Source: Octopus vulgaris (lineage: Eukaryota). Taken from it: a DNA stretch of 64,000 nt. The position numbers and the translations under genes were made by a program. The notes below the pieces were generated by a model that did no database searches, was not told the DNA's origin, and was given only the letters and a program-made list of their open reading frames with translations. Within the stretch, counting starts at the first letter, position 1, and the number at the start of each line of letters is the position of its first letter. Positions 50,517 through 64,000 of this stretch are shown here, one piece after another. The stretch spans positions 58,652,001 through 58,716,000 of the forward strand of contig OX597831.1 of the NCBI GenBank assembly GCA_951406725.2, written 5' to 3'.

Positions 50517-51017
50517 GTTTCTTTATTAGCCACGGAGGGCTGAACAGAGAGGGGACAAAATACAAAGAAGAGATTTTCTTTTTGGCAAGGAAAGAAAAGG
50601 GGGGGGGGTAGAATTTCGATCAAAAGAGATCGTGGAAAAAAAAAGGAAGCCGATCAATGGGGATTGTGTATCACAAAAATGTCATAACGTAAAAGGGGAA
50701 ACAGATTAGGTATATCCATGGAAAGAAAATCCTACAGAAAAGACCACGGTGTTCTCGGTCAATAATGTCAGGCAAAAAACACATTACAGTAAGTGACTGT
50801 AATGTATTTTTCCTTTCTTTTTCTGGTTCATAGGATTATGTTCAAGGTGGCTCCGTCATTCACACGCGCCATTCTTGCTACATTCGCCCAACATTTTTTG
50901 AAACATTTTAATAGATAAAACTTCCCTCTCTAGTCTCATCTTCCTCTTCAAGTGATACTTGAAGAAGTTGATGACAGATTCACCAGAGAGGAAAGTATTT
51001 ATCTCTAGACCTTTCAT
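50517..51017 (-). mobile_element. Tx1-clade LINE 3' end with complete 3' UTR, between (TA)n tracts
   Basis: KGLEINTFLSGESVINFFKYHLKRKMR..NVARMARVNDGATLNIIL* matches 34290-34475. Confidence 0.9.
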
Positions 51018-51128
51018 ATATATATGGTTTTGTCTCTAATTAATATTATATAATATTTTACTATAAAATTGGATTTAATCCTAAATCTGATTTTTTTCCC
51101 TGTAAATTTGGATTTATTCCCTAATATT

Positions 51129-51209
<81 letters not shown>

Positions 51210-52129
51210 TATAATATGCATTTAAACGCTACTATATATAACTGGACTATAGAGTGGATGACTGCAATAGAATTTGGTATACAAACAAAAACGAGAGATA
51301 ACTCGCCTACAAAAATGTCGCTTTTGCATTTATATTTCAGCCTACAGTTTCAATATTCTGCTCACGTGGATGATTTCTTGTTTATTATTTTATTATTTCC
51401 ATAAATCGCTGGTTGTGTTGTAGCGTTGTTTCGTCAGAAATTTCTAAATGAAAAACAATAATTTCATACAATATAATTACTATTCCTATGACATATTCTT
51501 ATAACTTAGATGGCAAATGAAGACATAAATGTATAAGTTTCATAGATTTAGTGCACATAAATAAATAATATCTGAATAGATAGAGTACAAAAATTGGATT
51601 ATCAGTGTTACTTCATGAGATATGGGTATCTGATTATCAAAACTGAACAGGTATGAATACAGTTTATATAATTGTTTCTAATGAAGCTTGGATTGCGTTC
51701 TATTTATAGAGGATTGGTAAAATAAGTTTTCACGTCTGGAATTAGTTTTAACAACTTTAAAGCAATGAAAGTTAAGTAAGTAACGGTGGTGTTGGAACTT
51801 TAGAACACAGTGCATGAAATCGGTTAGCTTATTGCTTCAGTATCAGCGAATTCAGAGATGTATACTCTACTATATGAGGAAAAAGGAAGAGAAATAAAAT
51901 GTCACCGCATTCAATTAAACATGTACAGTGCTTATTGAATCACATATAACCTCTAATATAACAAATGCAGGAAGACACATATCAGGTATATTGTATTTCG
52001 TACACACAGAAGAGAAAGAATCCACTCAGTTGTTGCATACATACGCGAAAATGTCACACACCTTGTATTGTTGTCACACTCAGACTCAGTTGAGACACTT
52101 CAGTAATGCATATAAAGCAAACAGATGTA

Positions 52130-52750
52130 GCTATACACACCATATCGTCCACCAAATGCCCTGAACCATAATAGTGAACTTGAGGATAGACGCAAGCATG
52201 TAGAAGAGGTTTTCACAAGCTTTGACCAGCATATCAATATACACCACCTGGGTGAATTCAACCTTCCAAATATTAAATAGCCCGCAGGCCCATCCTCTCT
52301 GGGGTGTCCCTGCATGTACAATGGGCGGTAGAATCATTACTTGAAACTGCTAATATGCTGTTTATTGAACAAGTGATACTCCAGCCAACCAACAGTAACA
52401 ACATCTTGGATATCTGATTTACAAATAATGTGAAGACGACGCCAACAACACTGTTGGCATCTGTCTTATTAGAGGGTCTCACGTCATATCAAACTTGAAT
52501 GTCAATAAAACAAAACTGAAATCAATCCGCAAAGAGGTTCACAAACGAAACTGATTCGACATTCTATCTATGACATTGACTGAAAACTCAGTCAATTTAT
52601 GTCGAGAATGGAAGCTATATGAGTTAAACATACCCTAGAAAGAAGGGCTAGCATACCTACTACCACAATCCACAGAGACCAGAAAATCCTTATGAGACGC
52701 AGATCAAAGGTATCAAACCGGTTGAGAGGGAAACTTAAAGATGGACACTC
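52130..52750 (+). mobile_element. CR1/L2-group APE endonuclease fragment, degenerate
   Basis: YRPPNA..LGEFNLPNIK*..QPTNSNNILDI*FTN matches YRPP..GDFNLP.I.W..PTR..NILDL.FT. Confidence 0.75.
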
Positions 52751-53757
52751 CCATTAATTGAAAAAAATATCAAACATCCCATGAAAATGAAATAACAGAG
52801 CAGAGCAGAGAGAGGGAGGGCGAGAGAGAGAGAGAGAGAGGTGGAGGAGAGTTGAGCTGAGGAAAGCGTAAAAAACAAACCTTACAACTTTCTACAAATT
52901 TGCGAAAGAAACAGCCACAGTACAAGACATAAGTGAGGAATGTTGTTCTAAGGAAATGGCTCACTGACTTCGGGAAACGATGGGGTAAGACGACATAATT
53001 ACGTCTGTCGTAAAATGCCATTTCTTTGGTTACCTGAATCTACCATGATTCTTTGGTCACAAACAGAAACATGAGCGGTGAGTGGGGAGAAGTCGTGTTT
53101 GTAGAAATTGAACGGGGTATGGCGCCTATGTTGTATATAACTAAGAATAAATACTAGCGACTAAATGCCGTTGCAATAGTTTACAAATAATTGAAAAGGG
53201 GTAACCATGAGCTATAAGTGATAACTTAAGCACACACACACACACACACACAGACACACACATAGACACATACACACATATTCTCATACATATATAACGA
53301 ATTGAAAAAGTAATAACTCAAACATAAATCACAATGAATGATATATGTGTTCCAGTAGAATAAATTTGCGCCATAATTGGAAAACTAATTAACACGTTTC
53401 TTCCCTAGATTAATTGCAATTATAGAATGATGAATAAGCGAAACTTAATTGAGGTGTAAATATATAATAATATACTGAGATATTAATTTAAGGGCATACA
53501 TGCCAATGCAGTGAGCATTTTTATATGCTTAATACAATTCACACTGAAATAACTTTCGTCAAACAATTTTGTGACAAACTTTTATACATCGATACTTTAT
53601 AGCTCATATAACAGGTAATTATTTGCAAAATGGTTAAGAGCTAAAGAGTTTGAACATAAATCGTTGTGGTGGTTATCGAGCAAACCTTTATTGATATCAT
53701 CACAGCTCAATAGATAAAAATATCATCCTATAAACTCCTTTCCATCTCTTTCAATAT

Positions 53758-53821
<64 letters not shown>

Positions 53822-53993
53822 TCTCTCTATCCGGACACAATCTTTTTTCGCTCTCTCCATTTTTTTCCTCTCAAAACTTTCTGTCGAAAAGTGTAGGCTT
53901 GAAATGTCAAAGACATTTCCATCTTTCCCTAGCCTCAAACTAAATCACCTGCTTGTTTTTTATTCACCTGTTTCTGTGCTTTCTGTATATTTG

Positions 53994-54046
<53 letters not shown>

Positions 54047-54592
54047 CATACATATATACATACATACATGCATACAAACATACACACACACATACATACA
54101 TACATACATACATACATACATACATACATACATACAAACATACATACATATATATGTATGTATGTATGTATGCATATATATATGTATATCTATATATATA
54201 TATATACATACGTGTGTGTTGACTAGTTACTTTTGATAAACTCTTTCCAAAATAAATACGTGGGCGATGTTGAAATCAGGTTAACGCAATCCACGAATAT
54301 TGCACTTTTGATTGTGCCTTTGCTTGGAACATAGTGTAATTACGACCTAATGCATATATTTCAAATTATCTTCCCTCGATGCTTATATAATTAATATTCT
54401 TGTGAGTTATTACAGTCTAAATATAGTCCTGGCTTGCTGTAATAAGGTGAAAATTAGTATTGTCTCTCACGATTGTACTGAATGTATTAAAAGTACATTT
54501 GTTTCTGTATGAACAAAAAGCTGTATTTTCATTAATTGACTGATTGGCACACAACACAGTTTATTATTAAGCATTGCTTGGAATTTTTTCAG

Positions 54593-54843
54593 ATGTCACA
54601 CAATGTCAAATATCTTAAAAAGCAAAGAGCAAATGATGTTTTCTACTAGAATCCACAGGGATGTATCTTGTCGATTTTGTGAAAAGCTGTAAATGGATAA
54701 GGAAAGGCTTTTCCGTTATGGCTAATTCACAGGGTGTATCAGATTGGATTTATGTCATCAATAAGGATATGGTTGATAGACTCTACTGTAGAAAGGACAA
54801 AGCGTTTCTAATGTGTTTAATCGATGGAATGAACCACGATTGA
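54593..54843 (+). pseudogene. Possible decayed tandem B-box exon
   Basis: After ttttttcag|: TQCQIS.., GMY/CRFCEKL*, CHQ/KDMVDRLYCRKDKAFLMCLIDGMNH (B-box2-like spacing), frameshifts required. Confidence 0.35.
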
Positions 54844-55294
54844 TTAATGTTTCTTGAAATCTGAACATGGATGAATAAAGTAAAGCTACAAAGGCTGTTC
54901 ATTATTTCTGGCAATTATAGCCTCCCATGAAGGAATGTCCATTCCCTATATTGCGAAAATGCCCGAAGTGGGCAGATGAAGTGTTTAATTAATTGGGATG
55001 AAACTTCTACTTCACTGGTATTTAAATTATGAACTCCTACAAGATGAAAGGTAAAAGTGAAATCGTTGATTCTGAAGTTAGAATGGGAACTGAAGATAAA
55101 TAACGAAACCAAATAATTCAAAGTATTAACTTTGAATTAATGCTTTGAATTATTTCGTTTCGTTACTTTATACTATCAACTATTCCGCTGTCATAATATA
55201 CTGGGCATTCTCTAATGTCTAACAGGTTCTTGTTAAGCACGTTTTCTTTTTCAGCTCTTACTCACTCAGCTACAGCAACAAAGAACATCCGATC

Positions 55295-55438
55295 TTGTTC
55301 TTGTTCTTCTTATTGTTCTTCTTGTTCTTGTTCTTGTTCTTGTTCTTGTTCTTCTTGTTCTTGTTCTTGTTCTTGTTCTTGTTCTTGTTCTTGTTCTTGT
55401 TCTTCTTCTTGTTCTTCTTCTTCTTCTTCTTCTTCTTC
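55295..55438. repeat. (TTCTTG)n/(TTC)n microsatellite
   Basis: Direct reading. Confidence 0.95.
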
Positions 55439-56350
55439 CAACCAGGACTCACGCCACATAAAGTCATCAAATGTAAAAAGCAACACAAATCGCCGAAAAA
55501 ACTCCTGACAAATGCAAAGCTTTACAAAATCAACTACGAGACAAATAGTTTAAAAATGAGGACGTCCAAACTGTGGGAAATGTCTCAAACTACAGGAAGG
55601 TTTGGAATTCCAATTCAAACAAGGAGAGAGGCTCACTATTAAGACCAACTGCCCGTGTGCATACGAGAATTTAATCTATGTTTGAACTCGTTCAGGTCGT
55701 GGATATAGCTATATAGGACAGACAAGTATGGAACGTAGACGGAGAACCACACTACAAAAGAAACAGATCCATTTTCCAAAGTATAAATATCTTTAAGTGA
55801 ATACATAGTGATGTGCAGGGAATCTCCAACCAAATTTCGCAGTTTTCTCCATCTACCAGTGCAAAGAAATAATTTCTGTACAAGAGCGTTTAAATAAAGA
55901 AAATTTAGTTATAGAAAAATACGGAACACGTTTAAATATGAACGCATAACCAACTTTAGTTTCAGTATATATTTTAATTCATGATCACATATCCACAACT
56001 GTACAAATTTTATCTCACAACTTTAGTTTTTGTGAGTTTATTTAATACACCCCACGAATGAGCAATTACCTCCACTGTCCCGAGTAATAACTATCACTAC
56101 CTACATCCCCTAAATTTTTTCTACTTGTTGATTCATTCGCAAACTTCCATTCAAGTGCATGAACTAAAATCTTAAGAAAATACGAAATTACACTAATGTC
56201 AATGTCATGATTAGAAACCAGTCGACAAACACAATACTCCTTCATTTAAAATATATTAAAGTGTATTTCCCCTCTTTTATTTTATGTATATATTTTCGCA
56301 TTACAGCTCACTTCGTGGGGGTAATCGAAATTATTTTCCTGTCTTTCTTA
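55439..56350 (+). mobile_element. Penelope-like element 3' part: Cys linker, GIY-YIG endonuclease and pLTR, degenerate
   Basis: GRPNCGKC..CAYENLIYV*TRSGRGYSYIGQT..RRR..ERLNKENLVIEKYGTRLN. Confidence 0.85.
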
Positions 56351-56445
56351 CTATACATGCATACACATATGCATGCATGCATGCATCCATGCATCCATCC
56401 ATCCATCCATACATACATACATACATACATGCATACATACATACA

Positions 56446-56543
<98 letters not shown>

Positions 56544-57000
56544 GCTTCTTTCTGTTTCTATCTACAAATTTATTTTTATGGCTTTGGTCCACCCGAGGTT
56601 CTAGTAGAAAACTCTTGTCCATCTTGTCCGGCGCCATTGGGAAGGAAGCTTCTTACCACACAGTCACATCTATAAATATCTTTGTGAGTATGTGTATGTG
56701 TGTGTGAGGAGCATGCTTGTATATATTTATTTATGCACATATATATTTACAAAGAGGAGAGATGGTGGACATTTCCAAACTAAAAATATACACTTAGTTT
56801 CAATTTAAAACCTGAGAATATCTGAATTTAAATTAATCTTCAACCAAAGCTATACTGTGGAACATGTTAAAGTGCAGTGTATATGTTCGAGATAGTGTTA
56901 CAGCTGCACGTCAACGTCCTAGATAATAAATCTAGAAATACTCTCCCAAAATTCTACAACTAGATTGAATATTTTTTTTCTTTTTGCTTCTGTTACCTAC

Positions 57001-57412
57001 CTTCCATCGTTATAACATATTCTCCCTGTTCCTCTGAATATTACGACAAATCTCTTCCTCCCGATACTCTGCTTCCCCTCCAAAATGGAAGACGGTTTGT
57101 CTAAAGTTTTAGGTCCGTATTTGTTCCCTAATCTACTAAAATTTGAATGCGTTTTTACGGCCTTGTTTGTTTAGCCTGGAATCGATTTGGAAATATTCGG
57201 ACTGAACATCAATAGAAGCAATTTCCTGTTTCTGAGAGACATTTTGTGGACTAATGTTTATGAAATCTCTGTAGGTTTCCTTTTTTCATTGTTTTCTCAC
57301 CTATCGATTACTAATTGTAAACATTTATATTTGAGATCTACAGTTCACCTAACCAATTCAATGTCAATGTAACTACTGACTTGTCGTTCCTTTGCATACG
57401 ATCAGCGCTACT
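57001..57412 (-). pseudogene. Possible decayed coiled-coil exon of a TRIM-like paralogue
   Basis: SSYIDIELVR*TVDLKYKCLQLVIDR*ENNEK..; ends ATGGAAG|GTAGGT, same phase as the donor at 42838. Confidence 0.3.
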
Positions 57413-58432
57413 GTGCAGCACAAAATCGCTTTTATCTTTAGATTTATATGACAGTTTTGAACGGCGCAGTGTTCATTAAGTAAGGAAACAACTGGATTAC
57501 TATGTGTAGTGATTTACTCACAGAACTACTTGGGAGTAAACAAGAAGGGTTTAACAATCAGTCACTCATAAATATGTGACAAAATATTTCCATGAGGAGA
57601 GTTGTGTTACGATATGTTGACTTTATGTAGATATATAACTTGATAATTTTAAATGATATCCTGCTTTTCGAAGTTTTATATAACACTCATTATGCAATAA
57701 GATAAAGGTAAATAGATAGACAGATATATGTATAAATAGAGATAAATTGTTAGAGAGAGCTGAAGAAATACAGAGTGCTAAAAACTTAGATCAGTAATGC
57801 CCTTGTCAAAAGTTCGTGGTATAAACTAAATTAAATTGCATTATAATTGGAAGTAGAAAAAATATTACAATTGCGAGAACAAATGATGAACGAGCAACAA
57901 CTAACTATTTTTTTAATGTCAGGAATAGATGACAGAACACGCATTTTGTTAACATTTAAATAGTTTAGTTGAATTAAAAGTATATGATATATATGCAGAG
58001 TATTATTTCAGTCCTCGTTGTATTGACATTAATATTAATTATTTAAATATTTCTACAAATGTTTTTCATCTTCACATTTTATATTATTCTCGAGTTAAAC
58101 ATAATATCACTTGTTAGAATAGTAAGTAGCTTGAGGTTGTGTATACCTCACCTCACACAGACAAACATGCACAAACACACACACACCCATATATAAATAT
58201 TGTTTTATATATATATATATATATGCGTGTGTATATTTGTATGTATGTAATACACAGACATTAATATTAATATATATACACATATGTGGGTGGGGGGTCT
58301 GTGTACTTGCTGATGTGTATGCGTGTGTAAATCATAAATTGCCGGATATAGTATAATCAATAATACACATTAGTCATTTATAAACTTAAACCAGAATTTG
58401 AAAACACAAATATTTAAGTTATAATATATTAA

Positions 58433-58577
58433 CTTATATGAGACTGCGAGTATGCTTCTGCTTATCGGTTAGAACTCTTAGACATGTTGTCCATTTAACA
58501 CAAAATGTTAAAATTCTTATATGAGACTGCGAGTATGCTTCTGCTTATCGGTTAGAACTCTTAGACATGTTGTCCAT
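58433..58577. repeat. 62-bp perfect direct repeat with 21-bp spacer
   Basis: 58433-58494 equals 58516-58577. Confidence 0.95.
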
Positions 58578-59160
58578 GTTAAGCCACAGAAATCACGTTA
58601 AGCAATGCAGTCTAATATGTTTTATTAAATGCGTATTGCTGAAATGTATTTGAACAAAGGTCTTAAGAACTGGAGCCTAAAAGGAGCTAAACAACTCTTC
58701 GTTATAGTGTCTTCTTTCCTAAAGGGATATATGTGTGCCTCATGAAATTGCTGGTAAGGAGGTAATGAAATTCTTCAATGAGTTGTATTTCATTTTCACC
58801 TTAAATAATAATCTAATAAATTCGTTATATATAGCCGATATATAAACATGTATATACACATACACATTTATACAGTAGTGAGAATAAAAGGCATTAATGC
58901 TAACTCACAAACACTGTTCAGTATACTAGAGAGTCCGATGCTAATAGTCGTAAAATGGTTTTCAGCATCCTGCAAATCTATATATGGAACTAGAACAAAC
59001 GCTGCACATTTTACGCTTACAGAATATCTATAATATGTTAATTTTATCGTACACACGTTTCCTGATCGTGGTTATTTATTCTGAATATTACATGATATTA
59101 CGTACTGTTATATTTTTACGTTACTACACCATTTAATCAAGTGAGGTTAAACCAAGGTCT

Positions 59161-59264
59161 CAGCTATATTGTCTCACTGTTCCAAAGTTTCCAGCTACCA
59201 CGCCTCACTGTTCCCAAGACCTCAGCTACTACGTCTCACTGTTCCTAAAGTCCCAGCTCTCCCG
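59161..59264. repeat. 31-bp minisatellite, about 3.3 copies
   Basis: CAGCT-starting units at 59161, 59192, 59223, 59254. Confidence 0.85.
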
Positions 59265-59570
59265 TTTAGAACGAGGGCCATGTACTGATATAGCTTGGAA
59301 TTCAAGAGCCCCTACCTTGCCAACATATCTGGGGGAGGGGTCTTCATGGAGTAGAGGTAGATGTTTTAAAGAAACAACTTAATCTCTTGCTGTCTAAGGT
59401 CTCAGATTAAGCTACATCACGCAAAGAAACTCAAAAGAAGGAAGCAAAGTCGAAGCTAATCCTTCAACAAAAGAAAACCACATAAAAATGGTCATTGAAA
59501 AATTGACTACCCTGGCGTGCTCCAGCATTGCCACAGGTTTAGGCTGAAATACATAAAAAAATTAAAGAAT
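59238..59570 (+). mobile_element. CR1-like LINE 3' end, degenerate
   Basis: TVPKVP..FRTR..YSLEFKSP..LHGVEVDVLKKQLNLLLSKVSD* then tail GGCGTGCTCCAGCATTGCCACAG..GCTGAAA. Confidence 0.65.
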
Positions 59571-59589
59571 ACAAGAATGGTAAAAACAA

Positions 59590-60007
59590 TACTCTTTTAC
59601 TCTTTTACTTGTTTCAGTCATTTGACTGCGGCCATGCTGGAGCACCGCCTTTAGTCGAGCAACTCGACCCCGGGACTTATTCTTTGTAAGCCCAGTACTT
59701 ATGCTATCGGTCTCTTTTGCCGAACCGCTAAGTGACGGGGACATAAACACACCAGCATCGGTTGTCAAACGATGCTAGGGGACAAACACAGAAGCACAAA
59801 CATACACACACATATATATATATACATATATACATATATACGACGGGCTTCTTTCAGTTTCCGTCTACCAAATCCACTCACAAGGCTTTGGTCGGCGCGA
59901 GGCTATAGTAGAAGACACTTGCCCAAGGTGACACGCAGTGGGACTGAACCCGGAACCATGTGGTTGGTAGGCAAGCTACTAACCACACAGCCACTCCTGC
60001 GCCTATA
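59590..60007 (-). mobile_element. SINE family A, full length
   Basis: Reverse complement of 2712-3188 type. Confidence 0.92.
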
Positions 60008-60030
60008 GGTGAAAAAATATATATGAATAT

Positions 60031-60195
60031 ATAGGCACAGATGTGGCTCTGTGGTAAGTATCTTATTTACCATCCACATGGTTCCGGGTTTAATCCCACT
60101 GCGTGGTACCTTCGGCGAGTGTCTTCTACTATAGCCTTGGGCCGACCCAAGCCCCGAGAGTGGATTTAGTAGACGGAAACGGAAAGAAGTCCGTC

Positions 60196-60238
<43 letters not shown>

Positions 60239-60455
60239 TGAGTGTGTGTGAATGTTTGTGTGTCTGGGTTTCTCCTCCACCATCGCTTGACAACCGATGA
60301 TGGTGTGTTTACATCCCTGTAACTTAGCGGGTCGGCAAAGAGACCGATAGAATACGTACAAGGCTTACGAAGAATAAGTTCTGGGGCCAATTTGCTCGAC
60401 TAAAGGCGGTGCTCCAGTATAGCCACAGTCAAATGACTGAAACAGATAAAAGGAA
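60031..60455 (+). mobile_element. SINE family A, full length, head-to-head with previous copy
   Basis: Colinear with 2712-3188. Confidence 0.92.
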
Positions 60456-60472
60456 ATGTGTGTATATATATA

Positions 60473-60518
<46 letters not shown>

Positions 60519-61214
60519 GGGTGAATTATATTTCATCCTTTACTTTGGAGGATTCCAAAGCACGATTTCTAACAAAGATTCTGCAAATTTTTCTAGTAGG
60601 TTACTGGCGTAAGATTTTTGCAAATATGAAATTATTACATGTATATGGTGTGTTAGGAGACTTTATGGAAAGGTATCCCATAGAAACTCATCAAATATTT
60701 TAAAAATGGAGAAAGGAAGACGTTAAAATTGGAAATAATTTTAATACAGGCATACGATCGTTTCAAACAGTAATATTAGCATGTCAATAACATGGTAGAA
60801 AAAATAAAATTGATTTGATTAAATTAAATTAATCACATATCACTGTCCTCCTCAGTGCAAGATGTATAGAACAAAAAATTTTCTCATTGCAGAAAACTTG
60901 ATGAAGGAAGTCGCAGATAAGAAATTCGGATTTGTATATCTCAGTTCAAGTTTGTGCTTTGATGTGTGCATATAGATGTGTCTGCGCATGTGTGTCTGCA
61001 TGACTGTGATTCTGGTGTGTGTACGTATGTGTTTACGTGTGTGTTCGAATGAAAATAATTTTGGTTATTACATGTGCCGTATATTAGCCAGGTGTTCAAA
61101 AGATATTTAAAATCAAAGCATTATCTAAAGCTGTTTTATCCAGTTATGACATCATAATTGTAAATGGATAGAGACGTTACAATATTGCGATACTATTCAT
61201 TTGCAATATTAGCA

Positions 61215-61540
61215 CCTGTTTGGAAGCCAGTTCTTTGCAGTTATCTATTCAATATATTTTTGCGTTAACATATTCGATAATCTTTATTTTCTCTTATTTT
61301 TTCCAACGTTTCCGAACGTATTGACCGCCCGGGTTTCATCGGCCGTCCTTGTGCAGGATTCCAAAGAATTCTACACTGAATGAATTCGTGTCTTTGCCAA
61401 CCGAAAACGTTTGATGATGACACATCAATAGATGCCGTAGGACTTACTCCAACGGTAGCAGATTTGTCATCTTCAGCCACGCCAGAGGGCATAGGTGATT
61501 TTTGAAGAATGCAGTTCGTAATTCTTCTTTGACAACTTAA
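61215..61540 (-). mobile_element. Penelope-like terminal region with two hammerhead-like motifs
   Basis: Motifs at 61404-61478 and 61303-61343 followed by AATAAA. Confidence 0.5.
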
Positions 61541-61822
61541 ATTGCTTTCATCTCTCACTATCTCACCCCCTCTCTTTCTGTTTGCTCAGACTCATAAACA
61601 AACAGAAACTCCTATAAACATATATGCGTGTATGTGTGCACGTAAACATGTATATTTCTTCAGTATGAAAATTGGAGCTAGACACTAGATAGTTCAATAA
61701 ATATACGTCCAAACCATGTGTTAGCGAGGTATAGATGACATTGCCGCAAAGTCACTTGCAAATCACACAATACTCTGTTATACTGCTTTAATAATGATCG
61801 TTACAATCCACAGAATGTTATT

Positions 61823-62142
61823 TCTGAGACCCACTTCGGTCACGACACAGACCATAGGATTGCGCCTAGAAAGTTACCCTCCCAGACACAAGTCCGCGCA
61901 AGGTCGTTTATAGAAGACCGGCAGTCGCCCATGAATACCGGCCTCCCCTCTACCCGCCACCAAGGGAAAGGCAAAGGGGCTGACACCTGTGATGTCACAA
62001 CTTATTTCTACACCTGAGTGAACTGGAGCAACGTGAGGTAAAGTGTTTTGCTCAAGAACACAATGCGCAGCCCGGTCCGAGATTTGAGCTCACAACCTCA
62101 CGATCGTAAGCTCGAAGCTCTAACCACTGAGCCATGTGCCTT
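61823..62142 (-). mobile_element. tRNA-derived SINE family D, full length, 14-bp TSD
   Basis: Head GGCACATGGCTCAGTGGTTAGAGC..GAGCTCAAATCTC; CACAGAATGTTATT at 61809-61822 and 62143-62156. Confidence 0.9.
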
Positions 62143-62349
62143 CACAGAATGTTATTAATGCTTACACATACATATGTATGTATGTACGTATTATGTATTT
62201 GTGTATGCGATTACGTAACATGACAGCATCCATGATTATATTCACATATCTATCTACCTATTTATCTATCCATCTATTTATGTATCTACCTATCTATATA
62301 CATACACAAACACACACATATACACTATATGTATATATATAAATATACA

Positions 62350-63110
<761 letters not shown>

Positions 63111-63256
63111 AAATATTTACCGTATTCTTAAAGTCATTTTCACTTTAAAATATTTTTTAAATATACGAAATGATTTTTGTAATTGTATTCACTGGTAAAT
63201 AATTTTAAAAAACATAAAAGTATTTATCTGCTTAAAGAAAGCTAAAATATGAATAC

Positions 63257-63657
63257 TGTTTTACTCTTTTACTCTTTTACTTGTTTCATACATTTGACTG
63301 CGGCCATGCTTGAGCACCGCCTTTAGTCGAGCAAATCGACCCCGGGATTTATTCTTTGTAAGCCCAGTACTTATTTTATCGGTCTCTTTTGCCGAACCGC
63401 TAAGTGACAGGGACGTAAACACACCAGCATCGGTTGTCAAGCAATGCTAGGGGGACAAACATAGACACACAAACATACACACATACATATACATATATAC
63501 GACAGGATTCTTTCAGTTTCCGTCTACCAAATCCACTCACAAGGCTTTGGTCAGCCCGAGGCTATAGTAGAAGACACTTACCCAAGATGCCACGCTGTGG
63601 GACTGAACCCGGAACCATGTGGTTGGTAAGCAATTTACTTACTACACAGCCACTCCT
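63257..63657 (-). mobile_element. SINE family A, near full length
   Basis: Colinear with 59590-60007. Confidence 0.92.
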
Positions 63658-64000
63658 TATTATACAAACAACTTATATTTTTGAAATCAAATTCACATAA
63701 AAATATTTCTTAAGGATTAAAATATTGTGTTTAACAAAATCGAAAATACAAATACGGTAAAAAATCAAATTGTATTTTTTCGTTATCAAGTCACTGTATC
63801 TAATCAAAAAGTAAGAGTTACTTCCCTCTCAGGATTAAGTTAATTTCGGAAACCTTTCGCATTATTTGGGTATTTATATGCCGAAAACCCCTAATGTATC
63901 CACAAACACTGACTCGATTTATGTGAAAGTTGCTTCATTCCGTTCGGATTTGCATCTGAGGGGTTCTTTATTCAGAGTATTTTCCCACTTTGCGCCAGTT

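Noticed and set aside
52780-52990. Possible first exon ending ATGGG|GTAAGA after a GA-rich tract
   Set aside because: A donor-like site alone is common by chance; no downstream partner exon identified.
55670-55720. In-frame TGA in the GIY-YIG region as selenocysteine
   Set aside because: The TGA is at a hydrophobic, not Cys, position and the copy has other stops and frameshifts; simple decay.
58433-59264. CRISPR-like repeat-spacer patterns
   Set aside because: Only two copies or spacerless tandem units, eukaryotic context, no cas genes.
61265-61558. 97-aa minus-strand ORF as a host exon
   Set aside because: No recognisable domain; sequence is better explained as a structured repeat terminus.

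Overview
AT-rich, microsatellite-dense eukaryotic DNA whose repeat families look like those of a coleoid cephalopod, most likely Octopus (inferred from the SINE/LINE complement, not verified). I find no intact host protein-coding gene, rRNA, true tRNA or CRISPR array; nearly all ORF-track entries are microsatellite or SINE artefacts. The window is a retroelement graveyard: at least four tRNA-derived SINE families, R4/Dong-like LINE ends in (TAA)n tracts, Tx1-clade, RTE, CR1-like and a near full-length decayed Hero-like LINE, Penelope-like fragments carrying hammerhead-ribozyme motifs, a long-TIR MULE-like element and Helitron/pogo scraps. Between the repeats lie several stop- and frameshift-riddled exon relics that read as B-box, coiled-coil and SPRY-like segments, suggesting a decayed cluster of TRIM-like paralogues (inference, needs a homology search). 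Most notable: SINE tails that match LINE 3' ends present in the same window (including a Tx1-partnered SINE with long TSDs), a non-canonical hammerhead core shared by two copies, and repeated fold-back duplications at microsatellites.
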